Notes under the pieces: model-generated
What the model was told of the DNA's origin: nothing
Seen by the model: only the letters and a program-made list of their open reading frames with translations
Databases searched by the model: none
Part shown: in pieces, positions 25,529 to 38,065 of the stretch
Numbering within the stretch: position 1 is the stretch's first letter
Layout of the letters: each line of letters opens with the position of its first letter
Made by a program: the position numbers and the translations under genes
NCBI RefSeq assembly: GCF_030684315.1
Contig: NC_081354.1
Coordinates: 72,367,222-72,431,221, forward strand
Reading direction: 5' to 3'
DNA: 64,000 nt
DNA from: Stegostoma tigrinum
Lineage: Eukaryota

Positions 25529-27740
25529 AACTCAACTACAAGGAGAAACAGTCATCAATCTCGAGATTCACAGTTAATTGGCATGGAAATAAATTTGGCT
25601 GTCAATTGCCAGCTGTGGGAATGGCAACGGTGTGAGTTTAAGTGAGAGTCTGGTTTAAATAAATTGCACCATCCATTATGTGGTTGCTGTTTGAGTGCTC
25701 AACTTGAAAGAAATTGTACTATGCAAACAAAAACAGAAATTTCTTGAGACACCTAGTAGGTCAGGGCAGCATCTGAGGAGAGAGAGCTGTGTTAATGTTT
25801 TGGATGCACCAAAATGGTGTGCTGCAGGATGTTAAATATAAAAGCAGCATGAATGCTGGAAGGTCCTGGCTGTGATGAGTACTTATATCTCTCTGTCTGG
25901 GTGACATGCTGATAAAAGCACCCCAGAACTTGGTGACATAATTAATGAGGTTATGAGCAGAAGATTGTGAGAGAAATGATGCTTAGTACCATGGCGCCCT
26001 GCATCTCACTTATAAACAAAACACTCAGTGGAATTAAGAAAATTCCTACGGATTCAGAAATCATTAGCAAAAGTCTAGGGAAGATGAAAAGAATGTCAGA
26101 GAGAAGTTACAGCATTGAAAGGATTCGGATTCTCTATGGAAAATTTCGTAAGTAAGTTGGACAGTACTTGAAGATGATCTTAGAATCAACATCAAGGATG
26201 TGACTGCTCTTTGAAAAAGCCAACACATTGGGCAAAAAGACCTCTTCCTCTAGCTAAAAGTTCATATTTCCAGGACAGGGGACGTACTGGAACTTTGAAG
26301 GTGCCTCCTTTTTGATTTAATTAGGTACAATTCCAGCAGTATTTACTTATTGAGCAAGGAATTAAGGACATAGCTGTTGACTGGAATGTTAGAAACTCAT
26401 TTTTGTGAGAGAAATGTGAATATTGTGTGGGGAGGGATGTGGGGATATTAACAGATAAATGAAAGAAAATAGCCTGAATTTAACCTCATCCTATGCTGCC
26501 TTGGATGTTGTATCTCTCTCAAATAGTATCTGCTATAGCTTTAACAGATATGCTTATGGGGTCATCACTGTTTCACGGCATGTGATATTAGAATCTTATG
26601 ATCTTAGATTACATCTTAACGGGAGCCTCTTGAATGCTCGTGAAAATGTGCTACTCTTCGCAAACAAATATTAGCCCAGACACTCTTGTGCCTGCAGCTG
26701 TATGTTTTGGATACATGTGAAGCTTTATGAACATCTGTTAAGTCTTTAAATATCATACTTCCCCCATCTAGTTCTTATGACGTGAGCTAACGTAACCCAT
26801 TGTTGCATTAGATATAAGTACAAAGATAAATTTAACAGCCAGAAGGCAGATCCACTTTCTTTCTGCTTATAATTTTAAGTTCTATCAAGTTGGGAGAACA
26901 GTCTCAAAAATAAAATGAATGGAAAGACTGCTTTCTGACTTTTAAAAAAAGGCAGTCAAAGATTACTCACAACACAGATACGAAGCTCTCCTGAACACAA
27001 ATGCAGCTCTAGAACCACTCCATTCATGTATCCCTTAACGCTATCACGTCATAACCATTAAACTGTTTAATAGGTAACAGTTTCATCCCTTGTTTCAGAT
27101 GCATGTCACAGACATCCAGGAATAGACCCCTTTTAGAATGTTAGTGTTAAAAGATTGATAACTTTACTGCACCCATAATAAAGCCTTTTGTCTTCATCAG
27201 CTGCGAATGTTGGTTATGGTCAGTTAAAACCTGCTGCTTCATATTTGAAGCAATGTGTTCTTTGTGAATGAGAAATGGTGAATAAACTGTTAATAGCGAT
27301 TGAGGCAGTCTTAAAGTGTGGGAACCTATTGATGTTTCCTTTCTGGAAGGGCTTTTCAGGTATTATTGAGTGAAATCAGACATACCTCAGAACCACTTAT
27401 GTCTACTAGAAGATACTCTAACATTTATTAATGTTTGGGAAATCCAATCTTGATGTATGGAATGTTACTGATACAGTTGTAAAAGCTGATGTCCTGTCTG
27501 AAGATTCCACCCTTTCCTAACTTAGCTCATGGATTTTAAAGTGTTTTGTTTTTAAGTTAGATTAATGTAGCTGCTCTTTAAATGAGCAATAACTATGGAG
27601 TGAAGTTTTCTTTTAATCTTGCATGACATTATCTGTTTTCAAAGCTAGAAATTTGCACATTCCAAGGTAAATAAAAATAAAAATGTTTTCATTAATAAAA
27701 TAAACACAACAAAATTTAAAAAAAACTAATGAAATTGCAG

Positions 27741-30406
27741 TGGGCCCATGGCCAACGCCAACGTCACTCCGCTCACTGCCTCCACAGCCAGCAGCTCCAG
27801 AGGAGACAGCAGCACCCAGCCGTGCCGAGCATTCACCATCCGCCAAGACCTCCCCCTTACTGAGGACGAACGGTCGATCGTCAGTGAAGAGCTCATCTCT
27901 GTCCCTTCCACCCAGACGTCAGTGAATGCCTGTCACATTTGGACATGGATCAGTTTTTCCGCTGCCTCCGCCTCTGCACTTACTACTTTAATTGTGAGCC
28001 AAACCCTCCCTCTACTGATCCCTTCTCCTGCCTCCAACGCACGCCCTCCTCTTGGACAACACCCCAAGGCCTCCAACCCTCTCTCGACCTCTTCAAGTCC
28101 AACTGCCGTCATGACATCAATCGCCTCAACCTCTGCACTGCCCTCACCCACTCCAACTTCTCCCACGCAGAATGTGCAGCCCTCCGCTCCAATCCCAACC
28201 TCACCATAAAACCCATGGACAAGGAAGGCGCAGTTGTAATCTGGCGTACTGACCTCTGCATCGCCAAGGCCGGATGCCAACTCTCTGACACCTCCTCCTA
28301 CCAACCCCTTGATCACAGCACCACCCTCGAACACCAAACCGTCATCTCCGAAACCATCCACAACCTCAGCACTACAGGTAACCTCCCACCCACAGCCTCC
28401 AACCTCATTGTTCCTCAACCCTGCACCTCCTGCTTCTACCTCCTTCCCAAAATCTGCAAACCTGACTGCCCTGGTAGACCCATTGTCTCCGCCTGCTCCT
28501 GCCCCGCCGAACTTATCTCCACCTATCTGGACTCCATTTTCTCCCCCTTGGTCCAGGAACTCCCTACCTATGTCTGTGACACCACCCATGCCCTCCACCT
28601 CCTCCAGAGCTTCCGGTCCTCCAACACCTCATCTTTACCATGGACGTCCGGCCCCTATACACCAGCATTCTCCACACAGATGGCCTAAAGGCCTGCCGCT
28701 TCTTCCTGACCCGCAGACCTGACCAGTCCCCCTCCTCTGACACCCTCATCTGCCTAGCAGAACTCATCCTCACCCTCAACAACTTCTCTTTTAATTCGTC
28801 CCATTTCCTACAGACACAGGGGGTGGCCATGGGTACCCGCACGGGCCCAAGCTATGCCTGCCTCTAGGTAGGCTACGTGGAACAATCCCTGTTCCGCACC
28901 TACACTGGCCCTAAACCCCACCTCTTCCTTGGTTACACTGATGACTGCATCGGTGCCACCTCGTGCTCCCATGAGGACCTCGAACAGTTCATCCACTTCA
29001 CCAACACCTTCCACCCCAACCTTAAGTTCACCTGGACCATCTCTAATACCTCCCTCTCCTTCCTGGACCTCTCTGTCTCCATCTCCAGCAATCACCTAGA
29101 AACCGAGAGCCATTTCAAGCCCAAGGACTCCCACAGCTACCTACAGTATACCTCCTCCCACCCACCTTCCTGCAAAAATGCTATTCCCAATTCCTTTGCC
29201 TCCACCGCATCTGCTCCCAGGATGAGGCATTACACTCCTGTACATCTCAGATGTCTTTGTTTTTCCAGGACCACAACTTCACCCCCTCAGTGATCGAGAA
29301 TGCCCTCGGCCGTGTCTCCGCACTTCCCGCAACTCATCCCTCACACCATGCCCCCACAATAAAGACCAACACAGAATCCCCCTTGTTCTCACATACCACC
29401 CCACCAACCTCTGGATCCAACGCATCATCTTCCAACACTTCTGCCATCTGCAATCCGACCCCACCACCAAAGACAATTTTCCCTCCCCACTCTTATCTGC
29501 ATTCCGGAGGGACCACTCACTCTGGGATTCCCTTGTCCGCTCCACACTCCCCTCCAGCCCTAGAAAGCCCGACACTTTTCCCTGCAACTGCAGGAAGTGC
29601 TACACCTGCCCCTACACCTCCCCCCTCACCCCAATTCCAGGTCCCAAAAAGACCTTCCACATCAAGCAGATGTTCACCTGCACATCTGCTAATGTTGTAT
29701 ACTGCATCCGCTGTTCCCATTGTGGCCTCCTCTACATGGGGGAACCTAAGCAGAGGCTTGGGGACTGCTTTGCAGAACACCTATGCTCAGTTCGTGCTAA
29801 ACAACTGCACCTCCCAGTCGCGAACCATTTCACTTCTCTCTCCCATTGTGCAGACGACATGTCCATCCAAGGCCTCCTACACTGCGACAATGATGCTACC
29901 CGAAGGTTGCAGGAACAGCAACTTATATTCCGCTTGGGAACCCTGCAGCCGAATGATATCAATGTGGACTTCACAAGCTTCCAATTCTCTCCTCCCCCTA
30001 CTGCATCCCAAAACCAGCCCAGCTCGTCCCTGCTTCCCTAACCTGTCTGTCCTCCCACCTATCCCCTCCTCTCACCTCAAGCCCCACCCCCATCTCTTAC
30101 CTACTAGCCTCATCCCGCCCCCTTGACCTGTCCGTCCTCCCTGGACTGACCTATCTCCTCCCTACCTCCCCACCTACATTCACCTTTACTGGCTCTATCC
30201 CCGCCTCTTTGACCGGTCTATGTCCTCTCCACCTATCTTCTCCTCTATCCATCTGCTATCCGCCTCCCCCTCTCTCCCTTTTTATTTCAGATCCCCCTTC
30301 CGCTCCCCCATTTCTGAAGAAGGGTCTTGGCCTGATATGTCAGCCTTCCTGCTCCTTTGATGCTGCTTGACCTGCTGTGTTCATCCAGCTCTGCACCTTG
30401 TTATCT
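27741..30406 (+). mobile_element. PLE insertion 3: longest copy (N-terminal region, RT, GIY-YIG, 3' end), multiply frameshifted, single arm
   Basis: ORF pieces 27939-28688 (IKPMDKEGAVV, FYLLPKICKPDCPGRPIVS), 28640-28867, 28877-29293 (YTDD), 29670-30041 (VVYCIRC..LYMGE). Perfect 15-bp TSD ctaatgaaattgcag at 27726-27740 and 30407-30421. Confidence 0.96.
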
Positions 30407-32499
30407 CTAATGAAATTGCAGATTCTTTTTGCACAGTAAATATTGTTCTTTATTCCGTACACTAAATTATCTATCATATTAGAATAGAAGCAAACTATTT
30501 ACTGCTTTGTCTATGAGGACATATAAATCACAGTTATCCCTGGGACTTGAGCTCATCTCTGACTGATTGAGACTTGCATTCTGTTGTTCCTACATGTCAG
30601 TCACAAACAAAATCGTACTTTGAGCACGATCTTGCATTTCCATCAACTTTTGTTAGTGTCTGAAGTGAGTTTACACATTCACAACTCATTTTTCTGTAAG
30701 GCAGTACAACAGCACAGAAGTTGACTGTTTTCAAAAGGCCATGACTGGTAACTGGTAGTTTGAAATGGTAGAATGTCACTGTCGTGCCATTGTGTGTGCT
30801 AAAATTAGAGCTGAAATACATTATCAGGGTAGAGCGAAATACTATCACCTTTGAGTGCTTTAATTTTGTCAAACATTAGCAACCATCACCCCTGATGACA
30901 AGAAAGTTTATAGAATTTTTTTTAAGTAAATTACATAATGGTTTTCACATTTTCAAGATATTCAAGAGCACTTCATAGTCGAAGTTTCAAGTGTAGTTAC
31001 TTTTAAATAGGAAAATGCAGCAATTAATTTGTGGACAGCAAAGTGTCACAATCAACAAAAGAGACCATTGATCAATTTTTAGTTTTTTTGATTTGTTGAC
31101 TGACTGATGGTTATCATCTGACAGAATTCCCTGATATCCTCGGAGATGTACAGTGGAATCTTTATATAGTTTAAAATTAAATACCAGAAGAATTTTTACA
31201 GGTGTACAATTACTGTGATGAATAAAACCATGGGATTTCTACAAAAGGGTGACATAGTTAGAACAGTGTAGCATTTTCCTCTTCCATATATCGATACAGT
31301 ATATTTTTATATGTAGTACTTTTTTGTACTGCAGCTTCAAGATGATGTGGACTTTAGGCACAGGTCATGTACAGTATTGGCTATCCTACTATTTCTGGGC
31401 AGGCTATTGGATTGAGTCATTATTGTTTCATTGACATTCTTTTGGAATGTCTATTATAGATTGGCTTAACCCAATGATCCTTTTTAGAAGAGTGCCACTT
31501 TCCTTCAAACCTTTATCAATGCATACGCAGTTATGGTAAACGTTTTCAGAAATTATCGTCTCATACAGATTTATGTGCTTCTCTTGCTATGTTAGTGACA
31601 TATACACTTTTTTTATTTTCGATGTTTCTCAGTAGTTTATGTATTTTTATGACTAATGCAAATTCAGAATATATAAAATGAAGACACATCCTCTTAAACC
31701 TTGAAGGAGCAGCAGAGCTGTGTACCTTGTACATCTGCTGGTGATTATCGAACAGTTGTGCCAATGTTTTGTCAGGTGTGAGTGCCTCATGGTAGGGTAA
31801 ACTCTGTGTAACCACACTGTTCAAGCGCCAGCTCAATGATATGTGCTGCTACGTTTGTGATGTTTTGCTTCTATTATTCATTGAAATTTATAAATTTCCT
31901 GTTACTTGAAGGATTGAACTTTGCTCACCATCATGCTTTTTTGTTTTGAAGATCAAATTAATTTTGTCAGTTTCTACAACTTATGGTATTTAAACTTCAA
32001 TTAATGAGCCTTCAAGGTAAATCATTTCATTTTAATCAGTTGGGTACAGAGCAACAAAATTCGAGCTGCTTTCAGTGAGAAGATTTATTGTTCTAGAAGG
32101 ACAAGGTGTATTATCTACCAGTAAAACAAACATTTAAGTACTGTAAAGTGTCCAGAAATTGTGTGGTCCTGCTGGGGTCTTAAGACTTGGAAAAGAACTA
32201 GATCCATCAAGTTACAAACATTTTGTTTTTAACTATCCAGCAAAATTGCACCAGGAGGACAGTAGCTACTTCTGTCTGTTCCAATTATCATTTCATTACT
32301 TTGGAAGTTTATCTGGTGATATCTTGGGAATTTCAAGTGCTCAACCCTGACAACTTGGCTTTATCAGAGCAATTATTAAATTTCAAAGCAGCATTTCATT
32401 TGGAACTCTCATGCATTATATTATTTATGTATTTGTGGTTGTAGTGTCAAGAATCTAATTCTGAGGGTTCAGTGGGAGGTTTATCTCATACAACCTATA

Positions 32500-32620
32500 G
32501 CACAAATCAGATGCTAGAGATCTGAAACAACAACACAAGTTGCTGGAGAAACTCAGCAGATATAACAGTATCTGCGGGGAGGAAAGAGGTAATGCTTCTA
32601 GTGTTTATCAGAACTGAAAT
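32500..32620 (-). mobile_element. Half-copy of the older PLE-like terminus
   Basis: gctggagaaactcagcag..tatctgcgggga matches the arms of 51148-51638. Further relics at ~24740-24840 (+) and ~25725-25805 (-). Confidence 0.6.
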
Positions 32621-35600
32621 TTCTTCGAATTCAGTGGATTTTTTTGAAACTTAATTCAAATTTTTGATATAAATTTTTTCCTTTGTACAAGAAATGGATG
32701 TTTGGATTGTTCATGGATGCAGTCCTGGTCCTTTGGACAAGGAATTGCAGCATCTATCTTTGTTGGAGACTGTTAATCTTTTGAATTGCAGATTATTTGG
32801 TCAATTAATGGTAATAGGGACACAGACAGAGACCAGAGAGAAAACAAGTGAGCCCAATTTAAATTAAACACTGCAGCCATTACTGTGGTTTCTTGAAATG
32901 CTGCGTTCCATGTGCTTTAGGTAGACCAATAGTGCTATTAGGGAGAGAACTCCAGAATTTTGACCCAGCGACAGTGAAGGAACAAGCCATATATTTCCAA
33001 GTTGAATGGTGAGTGGCTTGGAGGAGAATTTGCGTTTATGATGTTTCCATGTAACTACTGCTCTGATCCTTCTAGACAGAAGTGCTTTGGAGTTTAGAAG
33101 GTACTGTCTAAGAATGAACTTAGGTAAACTTCTGAAGTATATCTTTTAGATGGTACATACTGCTACAACTGAGTGTCAGTAGTGGAGTGACTGAATGTTT
33201 GTGGATGTGACGCCAGTCAAGGTGGCTGCTTCATCCAGGATGGTATCAAGCTTCTTGCCTGTTGTTGGAGCTGTACTCACCCAGGCAAGTGCAAGAAGAT
33301 AGATTGTAAGAGAGAAGATGCATTGAGATTCGAGCCTTTGCAGGTAAAATCACTATCTGGTGCGAAGAGGGAATAGTTACTATTCCTATCCATGGATGTA
33401 CAAAGGTCTTCACTCAGGCACCAGAATGGTCAATACCAGTCACTGGGTGTGCAGAACTGTCAGCTACCTGCATTGATGGGAGCAGTTTTTTGGGGCCCAT
33501 GCTATGGTAGACAAAAAAATTCATTATTCTCTTGTTTCTTCATGTAGACTTGAAAAGGAATCAAAGTGGCAATTAATGTCTCTAGTATCAAAGAAATTGA
33601 CAGCACATGTTGTTGAGGAATTGCTCCTGAGGTGGCAGTTGAGGTCCTATGGCTGGCCCATTCTGCTTTGTTGCTGTGGTGGTTTCCTGTAACTAGAGTC
33701 AGCCACTTCTGTACAAGTGCTTGGGATGTCATGGGATTTCATCTGCAGGGACATTACTATTGCTCCAAGTCAGATATGTCTACTGCTGGTGGAGGCTGCA
33801 AGTTGGAGTCTAACCCATGAGCTTTGAACCACAGGGAAGCCCTGTCCATCATGCTCTCCAGGTATTTCCTTAATATCTTCCCCTTGTGTTGTCTGCGCTT
33901 CTATCAACAAAGACAAATTGTGGGTTACTCGACAAATTCATCTTAGTTCTGTGAACATACACAACAGCAGAATGCAGTGAACGGATTGAGCACTTACCGT
34001 GTTTGCACTGTTGACCTTCAGTGCCCTTTTGACCTAGCCGGTTCTGCTGTGCAGGCCATAGGCATCACTGTACTCCGACTCAACAGTGTTTATCCCTTTC
34101 TCCCTGGTTTATTCTGCCCAAGGTCTGTGTCTGAGCACGGCATGATCCTATCAGGATGGGAAAGCTGGGGATCATGTCTAACCCTTTGCAGTCTTTCCGC
34201 TGGACCCCTGCTGAGCAGTGATAGAAAACCTTTTTCCATATTTGCTCCAGTCCAGCAAGGCACACCAAAATATTACTATTTTTTTCTTACCTGGGACTCC
34301 AAAACAGATGGATTTGGTTGCAGGTAAAGTCGTCACGTTCTGGCACCTTCCCCTTTATGAATGGAAACATGCATTGCCGCTTGTATATGATTCCACAACT
34401 CTGCATTCTGTGATAATATGAAAAAACAATGAACACGATATGTTTCCATTTAGAGTTTATTGCTACAGTAAAAGGACGAAAGACTAGAGTTTGGTGTGGA
34501 GCAGGAGCAGCCTAAAAATTAAAAAAAAATGATAAACAACGCTGGAAAGAATAATGCAGAGAGGCAGAATGGAATGTAGTGTGGCGTAATCGAAGTCTGT
34601 TTTGAAAACTCATGAAAATTGCAGGTACCAGATTTTAGAGCAACAGAATGACCATTGTTATAGTTGTGTCCAGGACAAATTCAAATCAAACTAGATCAAA
34701 ATGAGTAGATCTTGTTCTGGTTTCATACTGGTGCGTCTGGATTTTTCCCTTTGGGAATGGGAACTATGACGAGTTGAAAATCAGCTGGCTGTGCAGTAAT
34801 AACTTATTTCATGACAGGATCTGGGATTGTGTGGGTAGGTAATAGAGATGAAAAGAGGTGTTCATGCTCTGAAATTGTTAAGCTTTATGTTGTTTCCTAT
34901 AGGCTGTAAGGTAGCCAAGATAGCACTACACCTTCAACTCTAGTGCCTTGAGCACCATAATTTTAAACAGTAGAGATTGAGCGGAGTTGAATTGCATGGA
35001 CTGTGCCATTTTCATTTGCATAATAAACATCAGAGCACATCTCTAATATGACAGGCAGTGCTCACAGTGCAGAGAAGACTTCTGCAAAAGAACGAAGGAG
35101 CAGTTTTTGTGCTAAAGGAATAGTGATTCAATACACTAAAACATTTCATAGTTGTTCCTGTGTAACCTCATACATCTTTTATTTTGAATTATAAGCACCA
35201 CTTTTTCAATATCAAAATACTTTTTGTTTGAGGACTCTCAATTTTACCAAGGGCTTTTTTATTTTGGGTTTTCGGGGATTCTTTTTGTCTCCATTCTCAC
35301 TGATTCATTTATGAGTTGATATAGTCACATAGAAGCAATACTTTAAACACTATTTGTGTTGATGTATGGGGCATTGAGACTTTCACTGCATAGGTTAAAC
35401 AATTTCTTCAATATTCAATAAGGCCACAATGCACACAAGAAATATTAATATCCTGGACAGTTTCAAAATTGATACGCGCAAAAAGGATTCAACAAGAATA
35501 GATTTTTTTTCCACAATAATTGATTCACTTTTACACACAAAAAATATATCACCTTAAACATCTTTCACAGTCTAGTAAGGTCAAAGTTAGTCTATTTTCA

Positions 35601-35792
35601 TCACATATATTCAAAGCTGAAACAAATTTAAATGTGAGATTGAGGTATGAGATCTGTAGAATGGATAGTAAATGCCTGATTAAAATGTATCAGAGATAAT
35701 GGGAACTGCAGATGCTGGAGAATTCCAAGATAATAAAATGTGAGGCTGGATGAACACAGCAGGCCAAGCAGCATCTCAGGAGCACAAAAGCT

Positions 35793-35820
35793 GACGTTTC
35801 GGGCCTAGACCCTTCATCAG
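35793..35820 (-). ncRNA. Minimal type I hammerhead ribozyme motif, intact
   Basis: Reverse complement CUGAUGA-A-GGGUCUAGGCCC-GAAACGUC: conserved core boxes, stem II GGGU/GCCC, stem III reduced to palindromic ACGU as described for PLE minimal HHRs. Confidence 0.85.
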
Positions 35821-36044
35821 AGAGGGAGATGGGGAGAGGGAACTAGAATAAATAGGGAGAGAGGGGGAGGCGGACCGAAGATGGAGAGAAAAGAAGATAG
35901 GTGGAGAGAGTATAGGTGGGGAGGTAGGGAGGGGATAGGTCAGTCCAGGGAAGACGGACAGGTCAAGGAGGTGGGATGAGGTTAGTAGGTAGATGGGGGT
36001 GTGGCTTGGGGTGGGAGGAAGGGATGGGTGAGAGGAAGAACCGG

Positions 36045-37663
36045 TTAGGGAGGCAGAGACAGGTTGGACTGGTTTTGGGATGCAGTGGGTGGGGGGGAAG
36101 AGCTGGGCTGGTTGTGTGGTGCAGTGGGGGGAGGCGATGAACTGGGCTGGTTTAGGGATGCAGTTGGGGAAGGGGAGATTTTGAAACTGGTGAAGTCCAC
36201 ATTGATACCATTAGGCTGCAGGGTTCCCAGGCGGAATATGAGTTGCTGTTCCTGCAACCTTCGGGTGGCATCATTGTGGCACTGCAGGAAACCCATGACG
36301 GACACGTCATCTGGAGAATGGGAGGGGGAGTGGAAATGGTTTGCGACTGGGAGGTGCAGTTGTTTGTTGCGAACTGAGCGGAGGTGTTCTGCAAAGCGGT
36401 CTCCAAGCCTCCGCTTGGTTTCCCCAATGTAGAGGAAGCCACACCGGGTACAGTGGATGCAGTATACCACATTGGCAGATGTGCAGGTGAACCTCTGCTT
36501 AATGTGGAAAGTCTTCTTGGGGCCTGGGATAGGGGTGAGGGAGGAGGTGTGGGGGCAAGTGTAGCATTTCCTGCGGTTGCAGGGGAAGGTGCCGGGTGTG
36601 GTGGGGTTGGAGGGCAGTGTGGAGTGAACAAGGCAGTCACGGAGAGAGTGGTCTCTCTGGAAAGCAGACAGGGGTGGGGATGGAAAAATGTCTTGGGTGG
36701 TGGGGTCGGATTGTAAATGGCGAAAGTGTCGGAGGATGATGCGTTGTATCCGGAGGTTGGTAGGGTGGTGTGTGAGAACGAGGGGGATCCTCTTTGGGCG
36801 GTTGTGGCGGGGGCGGGGTGTGAGGGATGTGTTGCGGGAAATGCAGGAGACGCGGTCAAGGGCATTCTCGACCACTGTGGGGGGAAAGTTGCGGTCCTTG
36901 AAGAACTTGGACATCTGGGATGTGTGGGAGTGGAATGTCTTATCGTGGGAGCAGATGCGGCGGAGGCGGAGGAATTGGGAATAGGGGATGGAATTTTTGC
37001 AGGAGGGTGGGTGGGAGGAGGTGTATTCTAGGTAGCTGTGGGAGTCGGTGGGCTTGAAATGGACATCAGTTACAAGCTGGTTGCCTGAGATGGAGACTGA
37101 GAGGTCCAGGAAGGTGAGGGATGTGCTGGAGATGGCCCAGGTGAACTGAAGGTTGGGGTGGAAGGTGTTGGTGAAGTGGATGAACTGTTCGAGCTCCTCT
37201 GGGGAGCAAGAGGCGGCGCCGATACAGTCATCAATGTACCGGAGGAAGAGGTGGGGTTTGGGGCCTGTGTAGGTGCGGAAGAGGGACTGTTCCACGTAAC
37301 CTGCAAAGAGGCAGGCATAGCTGGGGCCCATGCGGGTGCCCATGGCCACCCCCTTAGTCTGTAGGAAGTGGGAGGAGTCAAAATAGAAGTTGTTGAGGGT
37401 GAGGACGAGTTCAGCTAGGCGGATGAGAGTGTCGGTGGAGGGGGACTGGTCGGGCCTGCGGGACAGGAAGAAGCAGAGGGCCTTGAGGCCATCTGCATGC
37501 GGAATGCAGGTGTATAGGGACTGGACGTCCATGGTGAAGATGAGGTGTTGGGGGCCAGGGAATTGGAAGTCCTGGAGGAGGTGGAGGGCGTGGGTGGTGT
37601 CACGGACGTAGGTGGGGAGTTCCTGGACCAAAGGGGAGAAAATGGAGTCCAGATAGGTGGAGA
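36045..37663 (-). pseudogene. 5'-truncated but open PLE ORF: RT core, thumb, Cys-rich linker, GIY-YIG endonuclease (Neptune-type architecture)
   Basis: TMDVQSLYTCIP, QTKGVAMGTRMGPSYACLF, FLRYIDD, LTFLDLSV, FKPTDSHSYLEYTSSHP, linker CNRRKCYTC, NVVYCIHCTRCGFLYIGETKRRLGDRFAEH..ANHF. Lacks the N-terminal RT motifs present in insertion 3. A Cys-rich RT-EN linker is typical of Neptune-group PLEs. Confidence 0.93.
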
Positions 37664-38065
37664 CCAATGGGGAGAAAATGGAGTCCAGATAGGTGGAGAA
37701 CCAAAGGGGAGAAAATGGAGTCCAGATAGGTGGAGACCAAAGGGGAGAAAATGGAGTCCAGATAGGTGGAGAACCAAAGGGGAGAAAATGGAGTCCAGAT
37801 AGGTGGAGAACCAAAGGGGAGAAAATGGAGTCCAGATAGGTGGAGACCAATGGGGAGAAAATGGAGTCCAGATAGGTGGAGAACCAAAGGGGAGAAAATG
37901 GAGTCCAGATAGGTGGAGACTAAAGGGGAGAAAATGGAGTCCAGATAGGTGGAGAACCAAAGGGGAGAAAATGGAGTCCAGATAGGTGGAGAACCAAAGG
38001 GGAGAAAATGGAGTCCAGATAGGTGGAGACCAAAGGGGAGAAAATGGAGTCCAGATAGGTGGAGA
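37628..38065. repeat. Tandem array, 12 units of 36/37 bp (ccaaaggggagaaaatggagtccagataggtggaga[a]) derived from PLE RT coding sequence STYLDSIFSPLV
   Basis: Units counted directly: lengths 36,37,36,37,37,36,37,36,37,37,36,36. The same sequence is single-copy in insertion 3 (~28516-28552). Confidence 0.97.

Noticed and set aside
24740-25805. Two oppositely oriented old PLE-end relics as one large inverted element
   Set aside because: Tails face inward, unlike the true hairpins, and no shared TSD is visible; treated as separate relics.
33300-34420. More GC-balanced stretch, possibly a decayed DNA-transposon ORF (similar at ~5650-6200 and ~61200-61500)
   Set aside because: No transposase or other motif I can support; needs a profile search.
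36045-37850. 601-aa ORF as a complete functional protein
   Set aside because: Its start lies inside the tandem array and the N-terminal RT motifs are missing.
37628-38065. 36-37 bp repeats as a CRISPR array
   Set aside because: No spacers, eukaryotic context, and the unit is PLE RT coding sequence.
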